Positions 1-13,310 of a stretch of DNA of 64,000 nt are shown here, one piece after another. Location: positions 16,430,001 to 16,494,000 of the forward strand of contig OZ059894.1 in assembly GCA_964057225.1 (NCBI GenBank), read 5' to 3'. Below the pieces are notes generated by a model. That model saw only the letters and a list, made by a program, of their open reading frames with translations, did not search any database and had not been told where the DNA came from. A program made the translations under genes and the position numbers. The stretch comes from Auanema rhodensis (Eukaryota > Animalia > Nematoda). The first letter of the stretch is position 1. Every line of letters begins with the position of its first letter.

Positions 1-2858
1 TGAGAAGAAGGTGGAAGAGGAGATCGGAATTTCGGGAAGGTGTTAATTGAAAGATTTTCTTCATCCTTTTCTTATTTATCTATTATTCTTCTTAACAAAT
101 GTTATTTTAATATTTCACTAAATCTATTTGAAAGAATTTTAATAGCTAATCAATCAACTTCGAACTTAAAACCTTAATTTTAGAAATATATATTTCAATA
201 TGTAATAAATCTTTTCTATCATCATTTAAATGATGATGAACAATTTTTCTTATTATATATTCAGAAGATTCAAAAGATGTTCAATGTTGACGTGATACAT
301 CTGAATCTCAATTAGCAATACATCTTTCTCAAGAGATTCGAAACAATGAATTTCAGATTGTGAATACTGCCAATGAAGCGTGCCATATAGAGGTCTCGTG
401 TTGACACAAGAAATGCTCAAGGTTTTAGTTTCTTTCAAACCTTTTTTTTCTTGGAAATGAAATGAGAGGGTAAAGAAAGAAGGTAAAAAGGATCAAAATG
501 TCAACGTAAAAGGATTTGACCCTGAATATACATATAGGCTATAAGATTTAGCAATCTAATGCTATAGAGACCCTATTCACCTCTCCTCTGCTCATCTAGT
601 TAATCCTACCAATTCTAATAATTGTGTAATTTGTACAATGACAATCCTCTTCTAACAGATATTTAGTCACTGCTTATGAAAATATGAGAAAAATAGATGA
701 AATATTAGGAGATAATGAGAGGTAATGAACGAGAGATAGAGCAAGTCTTGAAGATGCTGATCTGATTCTGATGATGAGAAACGGTGTGCATCTCGCCTGC
801 TCCTGGATTAGTACCTATCAGATTTCAGAGACCCTGAGACCTGAGAACGACAGAATCAACGCTCTTACGAGATGTTGTTCTCTCATCCTTGTCCATTCTT
901 CCTCTCTCTCTGTCTCTTTTTGTATCGTGTCCTCCTTGGCCTATTATCTGCTGTCCTTCCAAAAAAAAATGTTATTGAACAGATTCTGGATGAACTGTCT
1001 GTTTCATCGTCTCAATTTTCATCAAGTATGGCTGCCAATTAGGAAATTAGAAGAAAAAGAGCTGTCGTCAAGACGTCTGCTATTCCATACCATCTATGTC
1101 CAAAATGAACAGATGGTAAATCTGGTCCAAAAATTTGTCAAAATTGAATGAATTATACGGTTAAATTGCCATCACATAGTCAAACAGGCACATCTCTTTC
1201 GCGGATTTTCGTTAAATTCAACTATTAAATTGTCTTCTTCCGGCTAATAACTCATTGATGATGTCATATGTCGATATGCTTCTGTTTCTTCTCTTCTCAT
1301 CATACTTCGGTCATTATACACTATCAATCCGTCAACTTCAGTCATTGTTTCCAGCAATTTGCTCAGTTTTTCTCATTTCAGTTTAACACATATGCTCTTT
1401 GTCTAACTAACATGGCTTGGCTCTCAACTGTTGAATATACATCCAATGAGCAACAACGATATGTTCTCTAACAAACAGACGCAAGTAGTAGAACTCAGAA
1501 GCCATGATGAACGAGTATGATGTTGGCAAACTTCTGTCATCGCGTGGCTTGTCAGTTGGTTTTAAGTCAAAACCTTATGTTTTCTCTTATACATCTTCAC
1601 TTCTTTTTCTTTATATAATGCTTTTCGTCTTTTACAAGAAGGAGTATAAGAAGTACAATTTGGAGAAACAAGCAAAGATTCGCCAATAAATCGCATAAAA
1701 AGAGCCAATTATGTCTCACATCTCCTTCAACTTAAGCCATCAAAACGCTTAGTTGTCTGAATGCTCAAGTTCTACTAAAAGCCTTCATGCTGCACCTAGT
1801 TACAACATGTAAAAGATGCCGAATGTGATAGAAAGAACGGCATATCCCCATGTATTTCGGTTTTCCATAAAAGGGAAATGAAAGTAATTAGCATTACGAC
1901 TTTCATATTACGCATGTTTTGGCCTCTAACAATCTGTCTGGAGAACCATATAAGGCATTTCATGGTTTTAGCTTGACATCGACAGAAAGAGAAATAGAGA
2001 GTTATATATACATATTTATATTTATATATATAGTATATTGAAGTACGCTGAAGGAAAAGCTAAAAGAGAGAGAGAGAAAGGGGTATAGAGAGAGTGTTGC
2101 TTGAAATGGACGCAAAGCTGAGCAAAACGCTTTTGGGTGGTCATGTCCTGAAGGCAATTTGTCAGCTAAAAGTAGTGGAAAGCCCCTAAGGGCTTTTAGT
2201 TGTTTCAATATACATATCTATATGTGACTACGAAAGCTGACCAATTAAGGTCTTTACAAACACAAGAAAACAAGCCAACTAAGAGAAATTCCCTCATAAA
2301 TATTAGAAAAGGTGCGAGTGCATTGATTTGAATTTTTCATTCCATACTTAAAATTCTTCACCAATAACCGCATTCAGTTAGTAAATATATCACGTTAGAG
2401 ATGATGCTAGTGTTCAAACAAGTGACTATCAGAAATAATTATAAACTTTGATTTCATGCTAGCATAATTTATATGATATAGTTAGATATTACGAGTGCTA
2501 TATCGTGAAAAATCATGCTTTTATGTTAGAAAATAGTATCAGGCATCTTAGTAACTGTATATAAAATGTTAATAACAAAGCATTATTTTCAATTAAATCA
2601 ATTTTCCTCATGATTAAAGTACTTGATTTCTCATTTCTCTGACTATTTTGTGGCTTTTGAGCTCTTAGGTACGACAATTCTCTTAATCCAGATAGATGGA
2701 ATCTAATTGGAAAGGCACAAACGAGATTGTTTACCTAATATGGTCTAAGAGGAAAATATATATTATGCTGAGTATATGAAAGCATGAATAGGCATTCTTG
2801 CTATCTTAGGTGGTTTGAAAATGGACAAGAAATCTATCTATTAGACATATATTCATTA

Positions 2859-2864
<6 letters not shown>

Positions 2865-2917
<53 letters not shown>
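2865..2917. repeat. (AG)n microsatellite
   Basis: uninterrupted AG run in the madd-2 intron. Confidence 0.95.
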
Positions 2918-2919
<2 letters not shown>

Positions 2920-4233
2920 TAGTAAATGTTACTGTGTGTATGAAAGGCTAAATAACCTCACTAATATGGTCCCGTTGTTTAAGGTGTCATTCGGCATATG
3001 ACAGACTATAAAGGGTTACTCGGATAAACTTCTAGACTACTACTACCTGCTATATGACTCTCTGGCTTCAGTTTTTCTTTCTTTCAACATTCTAGTTCAT
3101 TCATCTGGTTCATATATCCATTTACTATAATTTCTTCACAAGAACAGAAACAGGTAGAAGAAATAAGACAGAAATGAAAGAGATGAGAGCGAGGTGTTGA
3201 CTGTTCATGAAATTACAGGTCTAACACGCGATAGCTGTCATATTTCTTAATTCTTAAAGGATATAATGAAGATATAACGGGATATAGTTAACGATAACTA
3301 TATGTTATACGAACTTGGTAACATGATATAAGATCTTATATACTATATCACTCTATATATATCTTTATGATGTATACAACTAATGAACGAATGGCACAAA
3401 TCGTAATGTAAGGGTAAAACATACAGAAGACCTTGACTTATCTGGCCACCTTCGACCCTAATTAACCGTTTAATGAGAAAAAATCATTCAATCTGTATAG
3501 ATTCACTATTCTATTCTTCTTAGAAAACGATACAACACGTTTTACTCTTCACGTAGTGCGATTGAGTTGACCAGCTGACAGATGGTCATCATCATCATCA
3601 TCTTCACTATCGTCGACATCCAAATGAAACCATGTGTGGGAAACATGCCAACAGCACTGTGATGGCTTGGCTTATGGACAACGGAATGACGATGGTGTTG
3701 AAGAAGTTCAATGAAAAACGAAAAAGAATGAGAAAGAGAGAGAGAGGGAGAAGGGAAAGCTGGCATTCTTCTGGCACGAGCACACACACACAGAGCGCCA
3801 GCTGATGATGATGACGTCGTTGTCTGTCTTGTTATGAGGCTGATGATAACGCATAAACCATCAACAAGGACAACAAAGGAAATGAAATAATGAGAAAAGG
3901 CCATACAGTTAGAGAAATTAAAATTTGAAGAAGTAAATCATAGACAATTAATAGATAATTGAATGTAGAAATGATGAGTAATAGCAGAATATATCGTAAG
4001 TAGTGTATTAGATGTGACTGAGTGACTGGCTAAACAGGAACGTAATATCTCTAACGGTTTTTCGACTACATGATTGCCAGCAATTACATTTCTATGTTGT
4101 AGAATTAACTATTAGATAATGACTAAAACCATGAATACAAAGAATATACTAGATAATCATATACATCTCAGATTCTTCGTTGAATGTCAATTAGCGCATT
4201 TTTTTGATGAAAAAAAAACGAAATAGAACTAAC

Positions 4234-5414
4234 CTTATGTGTTTTACAAGTTGTTGTTAAAGATTGAACATCATGGTTAGCATGTCGAATATCTTGAAGA
4301 CATAGACAGCAAACAGGCTGTTTACAAGCTAGACAATACATAGATAACAGTTCAGAATGGTGAGAATTGCAATGAGCTTCTCGATTAACTGCTTGAGATG
4401 ACTTCCGTGATCTAGAAAATGTATTAATGAATAGTAAAATCATTTGAAAATGAATAGATAATACCTGCTAGTTGCTGGAATTAGAATGTGCTTGGCTAAT
4501 GGACCACGAGATGGATGAAGTGTTGTTTGGCATTCATTACAATAGTAAATATCACATTGTTCACAGAAGGTCGTGGCTGCTCGAACAACTTCTTCACAAA
4601 GCTGAAACAGAAATTTCATTAAAATATGCAAGTTTAAAGCAATAACTGACTTGACAATTAGGATCGCTCACAGGCTGATCTGTTGTCTTTGGAGCTAGAT
4701 GAGGGTGAGTACTGAGATAGCGAGTTATAACATTCATCATTGCAATGTTTGGTGGAGCTGTTAATATAGCGGATTCATCAGCAAAATATGTTGATTTTTG
4801 ACAAATTCCTATATAATTAAGAAAATTTTATACTAAAACAGTGAAAAAAAGAGAAATATACCGCATTGAAGATGAGCAGCATTCGTTGAAGGAGTGAGAA
4901 TACTACGCATTCGGAATTGTGAAGGACCAATGATTGAAGAGGGTCGGGAAACTAAAAAAAAGAAAACGGAAATGAAAATACAAAAAACAAATTATTTAAA
5001 AGAAAGTTACCTCGTCCATTACATACTACAACTCCTGAATCTGTTTCTGATAGTACAGATAGCTTGTCACTTTCATGATCAGGATCAGAAATACATACAG
5101 AAATAGTATCAGAAGCCCCACTACTGCATTGAGGGGACAGAGGGGATGAACTAAGAATATGGGAAAATAGTGATGGTGTTGAAGCACCGTGTTGATTAGC
5201 TGGAGTAGTAGGTCGTGGAGATGCCACTGTTGAGGTACTTGAAGCCGATGAAGAACATGGTTGAAAAACCTTTAAAAAAACGGGAAAACTAAAAAGAGTT
5301 AGAGAATTAACATACCTTGAGAGCACAGCATCGGCAATAACTGTGGCCACAATTAAGGAGGATAGGATCCTCGAAGAATTTTCGACAAAACGAGCACTTT
5401 AACTCTTCTTCCAT
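4234..5414 (-). CDS. madd-2: TRIM9/TRIM67-family RING/B-box E3 ligase (MADD-2 orthologue), 5' partial; coiled-coil/COS/FN3/SPRY exons lie beyond the left edge
   Basis: Exons read by eye with GT-AG borders: 5316-5414 (MEEELKCSFCRKFFEDPILLNCGHSYCRCCALK), 5011-5269 (Ser-rich insert incl. DKLSVLSETDSGV), 4862-4951, 4651-4808 (last RING CxxC 'CGIC'), 4465-4601 (B-box1 CQLCE...CEQCDIYYCNECQTTLHPSRGPLAKH), 4234-4411 (B-box2 CNSHHSELLSMYCLACKQPVCCLCLQDIRHANH). The MEEELKC start and a RING split by a long Ser-rich insert are TRIM9/MADD-2 hallmarks. No further exon recognised in 1-4233. Confidence 0.93.
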
Positions 5415-5430
5415 AGCATTCGGAGAGTTC

Positions 5431-5440
5431 CTAAAAAAGC
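5431..5440 (-). promoter_or_regulatory. splice acceptor just upstream of madd-2 start (likely SL trans-splice site)
   Basis: gcttttttag| 16 nt before the ATG; typical of nematode outron acceptors. Confidence 0.5.
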
Positions 5441-8400
5441 GAAACATCATAGATTGTGGGAAAAAACATCGATTTTACAGAAACGAAAACGGAAAAGTTG
5501 AAAATAAGAAAGAATAAATGAATGAATGGAAAGAAAAAATGAAGCTAGCTGGTAGTAGTTCTATCATTATAACGATCAAGGGTTGAAATATATCGAAGCC
5601 ATGATGTGTGGACATACTAGATAGCTTAATCAATCATAAATCGGCAGTTGTGGTCCTGAATGACCGAAGCCTAGCTCAGATGTGGGTGACGGAATAATGG
5701 AATAGGTTGGTAGAGATAGAGTGAAAGAAAGAGGGCGAGCAGGAAAAGGGGGTGTGGCTTGGAGTAGTCTACAAGCCGAGGAGGGGAGGAGTAGGAGGAG
5801 GAGGAGAGAAGGACGAGGAGGAGGATCGAAGACGATAGAACTAAAAGAGAATGGCAAAAGCTGCTGACGACATAGCTAAGAACAGCACAACAGAATCAGA
5901 AGTGAAAACAAAGAAAATATTGAAAATGTAACTTTGAAATAAAAGAATTGAAGAAAGGAAAATTGAGATAATGAGTTCAAAGGGGATAAGAAGTAATCTG
6001 TTTCAGAATATGAATATCACAATTGGCAAATAAGAAAGATGATGATGTGCTGAAGTTGAAGAAGTATTCGTTAGAAAAGTGAAACGCTGAATACGAAGCA
6101 GAGTAAGGATGAAACTAGTCAGGCAAAGGCAAAAGACACGAAATATGAGGAGAATGTGTGAGGAAAAAGAAGAAGGAGTAAGAGATAGAGGAAGAGGAAA
6201 GCAGGCAAGATGATTAGCTATAGAATGACCGGCAAACGCATATTCCTCAAGCATTTTGATCATACTACTCTTCTTCTTCTTCTATCATTATACACTTAAT
6301 GAATTGAGATTCATAATATTTCAGAAATATATGGAGAAAATGAAAAAGAGGAAGTGAAGTGTTTGATGTTTAGATGGATAGTGTGGGAACAGATACTTAA
6401 AACCTTCAATTCTAAGTAAAGTTTGAAGAATTGAATTTACTCTCTTACTCTCTTTTACCATATTATGCATATAATCTATTTTCTCTTTACCGTATAAACA
6501 CGTGAAAAGTTACGTGAGCGTGAACTTCATTTTGGTCATGCGAATCGTTTCAATTGGTTGCATATTCTCATTCATCTCTCTCTTTCTCTCGATTCGATTG
6601 CTCAACTCATCAGTCTCTATCGACAGTTATTCACACAATATGCTCTTATAAGGAAGGGGGGGGGAAACACTGTAGAAGCAGCCTGAAGGATTTTATAGTT
6701 TCTGTCTATTCTGGTCATTGTGTGACAGCAGATGAGCAGATGACAATATTCTTGTTCAATGTATAGCAATACGCAAAAAGTAGGCGGAGAACATCATTCA
6801 TCTTGGACGATCTCCAACCTCCTTGTCTCGTCTCATCCACTTTCCTCAGTTTCCCATTCTCTTTAACAATTCCTTATCGGTATATATGTCTAATATCTCT
6901 TCTGATCGTATTCTATTCCAAATAGATGGAGTCATAGAAGGTCAGAACAGACTGTCCAGAATGCCATATGCAGGTGGCACGAGACTGTCACCTCTAAAAT
7001 TATTTTTTTTTGGTCACCGTCCTCGTGTACTACCGATATTCATATTTCTATAACTTCCTTTCCAAATTCATAATTCTAATCCGAAATAAACGACATCAGA
7101 AAAAACGTGGTAAAAGAATAAAATAATGGAAAGATACATGAATTGTTTCGAGAAAAAGAAAAAGAAAGAAGTATCATTGTCATGCAACTAGAATGAATCT
7201 CATATGGTGTGTCACTAAACTGTGGAACACCTGAAAACGTGCTCAAACTTGAGAAAAAAACTGCACCAGCTAGGTATACAGAAGACAGTCTTATTTGAAT
7301 TCTACAGAGAGATGAGATTTAAGAAAAAAACTGCAAAAACGGATGATGTTGTAAGTAGTTGTAGAAGATATACAACTATAGACCACCTCAAGGATTATAA
7401 AACGCATTAAACAGTGGTTAGGTAAACGATGAAGTTTTTTCACATAAATAAAGATGAAAAAAACGAGGATGGTGACAACGAGGTGTTCATATAGATGCAT
7501 TAAGAGGGAGGAAGAGAAAGAAAGAATGAGGGGATTTGACGTTAACGAGGCAATTGGACATCCTTTAAGGTTGTCGCTCCTGTTTCCTTCACAATGATAT
7601 TTGTAATGGATAACTGAAGGTTTTTCTATAACAATATCAAATTGAAAAAAAAGAGGAAAGGAAGTGGGAAATCGAGTAAAAGGAAAAGATAACAAGATGA
7701 GAAAAGAAGAAAACGATGAGGAAAAGTTTAAAAGAATACTTAAAATGAATTTAGGAAAGATGAAAAGAAAAATGAATAAGTGGTAATACTAAGATATGCT
7801 GTATATAGAAAGCTTGTAGATGAAAGATGAAACGAAAAAGCTCAAATGAGGATGAGAGTAAAGATGAGAAGGGATAGAATGAAATGAGCATAACGTAATG
7901 AAAGAGAACATGATTTGAAGAAGTTACGAGAGAAAAAGAAAAAAAAATGATAGAAAGTAGAAGAATAACTTCAGAAAAATAATTGATGACGCCATATAAG
8001 CACATGCATGTATCTTTCGTTAAGCCTTTGACTACTTCTTGCGGTTTCTAGTCTACAAATCCGTTCGGTAGTTAGTGGTTGGCAGCGTTTCTGATACGAA
8101 GCTCATGCTGATGAAGAAGAGACGAATACTTTGCATGAAGCAAAAGAGCAGCAGGAGTACGAGATACGAATGACAATACTATTGGGAAAACAATGTGCGG
8201 CCTGTGTCAGATGCTAGTGGCATCTAGCTGAGCAGAGGATGAGCCGACGACAAGCTGCTAGCTGGCCATTGGGACTGATGAGTTGACATTTGAGACTGCG
8301 GGATATGTGGAAGTACGATTCAGGTATGAAACAGATGGAATAAGGCAGTTAAGAAGTCACATGCTGCTCTTGCTGACCTTAATCATGTCCAAAGAAAGAA

Positions 8401-11400
8401 CCCAAGTAGGATGATACTGCAAATATATTCGAAAAGATGACATTGAAATGAAAAAAAAAATATTTTGAATAAACCAAAATAAATTATTTGAATTAGATTT
8501 TCTTAATCAATTATCGCATATAAGATAAGTTGAGGCATAGAGCATAGTTTTTTGAAAAAAAAAAAGAAGAATAATTGTTCATCAAATAAAACTCAACTAT
8601 AGAGAATATGTTCAAACAGGTTTTTAACATTTTTTTGTGAATCCTCATAAGGATTGGAAGTAAAAAAAAACTAAAAACCGATATAACGTTCACAAATTAT
8701 CGTTCAAAATCAATGAAATGGAAGATAATTGGTCAAATCAATTAAGTCTATTAGATCTTCATTGAGTTGTTTGTTTAAACAAGAAACAAACACACTGAAG
8801 ATCCGATAAATTCTTCAATATGCCAGAATGTTGTGGAAAGTGAAAAGCTGTTGATAAGTGATCAGTAAGAATGATCAGGCATGAGATCAGGTAGAGTAGA
8901 CGACATGTTGTTTGTAAACAAATCAATAAACAAACAACAAATGCGTAATGGAGTCAGCAAACCGCTGTTGACACAAACAGCTCAAAACAGCATTGACAGG
9001 AAGGTCGACTGGCCTTTTAAGGCTGCTCAGTCTATGATCGGAAAATCCAAAAATGGAGTAACAATAGTCAGATAATGAGCACATTACATGTTTACAATTG
9101 ACTGTCCGTTGGCATGAATCAGAATTGAAGAATGGCTAAGTTGAAATAGAAATATGAGTAAATTCAGATGATTGTGATTAACAAACACGATATTTTCTAC
9201 TTCCCCTTCAAGCCAAAAAGAAAAAAGAAAGAGAAATCAGCCCATGAGCTCTGCAATAAAATTTTCATGCTTTAGCTCCATAAAACCCAAAAAATCACAA
9301 AGCATGATTAAAACGGAACGAGTAGAGGATCAGAAGTGAGGAAGTTAATGTATTGAAACCAGCATTTTACCAATTTTCTCTTATATAATGCATATCTCTC
9401 TCTATTTGTTGTCCCTTATACTCTCAATTGCTCTCTACCTCTCTCGTGTTCTCATAGTCTTGTCACCCAAGGCATATCTGTTGGCAGAAAATGGGTAAGC
9501 GACTACTGAGTGCTTAGCCAGAAATTAATGATAGAGTAGACAATCTGAATATAGTGCATATAAAGACAATCCTTTCGAAATCGGAAATAGAGAGGGAGAG
9601 AGAGAGAGATAGGAAAGCTCTTGGGAGAGATAGACAGTAAAGATACATATCCTTCGCTCGGCTGCACATCTAATTAACAGGTGTCAAAGGCTTATGAAAT
9701 AAGCTTCAAGCGCGGCTATGACTCAAAACATAAGAGCAGGAAAAAGTGGTTTCGAAAGGAAAGTGGTCATGAACGCGGTAATATAAGAGAGTGAACAGAT
9801 GAAATTGAGAGAACGAAATAATTTGTGAGAACACAAACTGACCACACACAACCGATTGTAGACTGCAACATGATTATAAATGAAATTCATTTTTACATGC
9901 ATACTCACGTATTCAAATTACGTGAAAACTACGCAAATTATAGTTCAAAGAATATATTTAATAGTTGCAGTCAAAATGTAAACTAATTTGTGGTTGAAAG
10001 TAAAAAAGAAGAGGTAGAAACAAGAAGAAAAAAAATTGAAAACATCGGCTAATTTTAGGGTCATATCCCAATAGCGGTTGTTGGCTTCTAACATTGTAAA
10101 TGTTTGTCTTAGAGCCTTCAGAATGAACATGTCTATGTTGGTCGTATCTTATTTCGAAGGACCAATACATGAAGCTTGTTAGTTAGCTAGTTATAAGGTT
10201 GTACATATTCAAAAAGAAAACATGAAAAGGAATAAGAAAGAGAGTTATGTGAAAAGCATCCAATTTTCTTGCCAAATTGTAGAATATAATATCGATTGAT
10301 AATACAGTTCAAAGAAAGAAATATGATAAATGGCTAAAGCATCAAACAATTCTGATAAACAGTAATACACGAAAGGACTGTTGTTCTTATTCCTTTAGAG
10401 GACTTGGCATTAGAACGAACTAAAACCACGTTCAATCGGGTTTAGGGACAAGAAGACACAACAGGAAAATAGCCAGTCTCGGACAAGAAAGAAAAACAAT
10501 TGTCATGATTATTTTGGATAGGAAAGGAGAAAGAGAGAAAGAAAGAGAGGGAGAAAAGTAGAAAAGTGAAAAAAGACTAAGATAAAGACTTCGAGACATC
10601 TATTAAGCTAAATGAAAACGATGGAGGAAATTGCAAAAAGAGTGAAAACTGAGCTAAGTGAGTACTTAGTAGAATATACGAATACAAGTTTGAAAAGAAA
10701 AGAAAAACAGAATTCATATGAACAAGAAAATATCGTAAAAATGAGAAATAATGGCATATTTCATGAAATTTTGAAAAAAAAAAGGTTCAAATAGTAGATG
10801 AAGATACGAGATGTAAGTAGATAATATGAGATATGGATAGGTAAACCGACACACAACCACATTTTTGGTCTCATGTAGAACAATAAAAATCAATAAAAAT
10901 CGAAAAATATAAAAATTAAAAAATATGGATGTGAAGTAGTGATAGAGAATTTCTGATAGTCATAGTTAAATGAATAGTTAAGCAGATCTTTGAGTTTTTG
11001 AAATCAATAGGATTGTGTTCGATGTGATAGATTGTAGAGCTGAGATGAGGAGAAGAAGCAACAAGTCGTGCTGGCTGACCGGCTGACAAGTGGGTTGGAT
11101 GAATGGCAGGACGGATCCGTACATCCTCTTCTATTTGATGGTCCGGCTATCCGTACGGCATTTTGTCCGTTCTTTCCGTTAATATAAGTTGCAGGCGTTG
11201 ATCAGCAGCAAGACTGAGTAAGAGAGACGTAAAGGCTCGACTGAGTAGGCGGAGCTCAAATCAAGGTCCTCAACGACCATCTGCAAAGGATGAAGAAGCT
11301 TTGAAATAAAGCTTAACTTCAGTTATAGAAATTATTTCTTGATTTATCCATCATTTCCAAGTTTAATGTGAGCAAGTTGCTCGATACGCTAAGAGAGGAA

Positions 11401-13279
11401 GAAAAAAGTGAGTGAAGAATCAGATAAATCCAAAATGAGCTTCAGATATGTCAATGTGAAACTGAAATAAACAAATAAATATTTGATCAAAACTATGATA
11501 ACTATTCCCGGAAATAGAGAAAAAACGAAAAAATTTAATTCAAAGTAAATAATAATTGGAACAGTAATAACATTTAAAAATGTTATAAATTGAGTAATAA
11601 ACTATAAAACAGACGGCTTTGAACAATCTGCTTAACTGCTGATGAGGCAGGAATTTGATCATAAAATTTCAGCAACGTACTCGAAGAACTAAAAATCATT
11701 TTCACACATTTTTTTCGAATTTTACTTCAATACTCTTGTCTACATAGACATTTCAGTGTTTTTTTAATTTTCTAAATAAGGTAAATTATTCACGCCTTCT
11801 GCCCTTGGAAACATTTTTTTTCTCGCCCAATTTTACAACGATAAGATCGATTGCGAGAGATTTTTCCAAAAAAAAAAAAAAAAACTGAAATTGCTATCGA
11901 GGCTGAATGAAGTATTTAGTACTTCCTGTATGATATAACTAGTGTAAGAATATTGGAATAATCCTCATAGTTCGTGCTTGATTTAGCAAGTCTTTCCTCA
12001 TTTCCGAAATACTCTCTATGGCTATTCATACTTGTAGTTGTTGTCTTTCTCTCTTTTCAACAGAAAATAAGAAGAAAACGGAAAAAGGCTTGTAGATTGT
12101 TGCATTGTTTCCGTTTTTCATTGAAAACTTTCAGGAGTAAAACAGATGTAAAAGAATAGAAATGAATTCATGGAAAAAGTTGAATTGAGAAGATGTAAAT
12201 GAAAACGCGATTCATCTTCTTTCTCAGTTTGACTATAAAAGGTCACTCAGAATTTTTTTTTCTGAAAACAGACCAAGTGGACATAGTTTTTGGAAACATT
12301 TACTTTTTTTTTTTCAAAAATACAACTCATTTTTACATAAGAAAAGGATTGTTGAATACGAAATTATGAGTTTAGTAAACTTCTCAACACAACTAATCCT
12401 TGTTATAAACTTTCTAAAATATTATATTTTAACAAAAAAAAAGACGATAAAGAAAATTTTTTGTAGATCGACTGAAAGCTTAGATGAAATTTAAAAAAAA
12501 GAAAGAAAAAAGAATTCACAAACAATTTGAAGAATTACCTATAAATAAAGAACCGTTTCATATTTCATCTGATTCAATATTGAAAATTAAACCCGAAAAT
12601 ACTTATAAGAGGAAAAGGAAGAAACATAAAACCAACATTGGCTCTTTTACTATTGCTTACTGATTGCACAAACAAGATTTTTCTCTCTAAATAGACAATA
12701 GAAAACAAAAATTCCTAAGTATTATGGAATAAAATCTTTTTACAAGATCTATTAAACACGTAGATAGTGCTTTGAAGGGTATCATGGTAACAATCCGAAA
12801 GGGAAACAGATGAAGAGCAAAGCGGAGGAAGGATAAGATTGAGCTTGATGAGCCTCGTTAAAGCTTTGCTCCAGCATGCAATTCAACACAATGATGAAGC
12901 GTGAATGAGAGCCACGCACCCATAATTAGTGAATCGTCGATCAGGCTTGTTGCCTGTTAACTGGATAATATCTTTAATTATACCGTAAAGGCTCAAGGGA
13001 TTTGGTGATCAGCATAGTAAACCATATTCTAAACCGGAAACAAACAAGCTGTCGTGAATAGAGCATGTTTGATTAAATCAACAGATAGTAATCATATACA
13101 TCATTAATTCTAATTAAATATTTCACGTAATAACTGTGTTATTTGAATATTAATTTGATTTTATATTATTTATTATTAATATAAAAGTAAAATATAGTTA
13201 ATTAGTTGGATGGATATTCATTTAATATTAGTTATTTTTAATTTGAAATAGTAAATAATCGATAAATCGGTACTTTGTT

Positions 13280-13310
13280 AATACGTGAACTTTCTCAAAG
13301 TTCACGTATT
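13280..13310. repeat. perfect 14-bp inverted repeat with 3-nt loop
   Basis: aatacgtgaacttt-ctc-aaagttcacgtatt. Confidence 0.9.

Noticed and set aside
253-438. 61-aa minus ORF as the next madd-2 exon
   Set aside because: Does not resemble the TRIM9 coiled-coil expected after B-box2 and lacks a good acceptor
3542-3904. 120-aa minus ORF and His-rich plus frame in the madd-2 intron
   Set aside because: Built from CAT, GA and CA microsatellite-like tracts; no splice-compatible model; more likely a regulatory island
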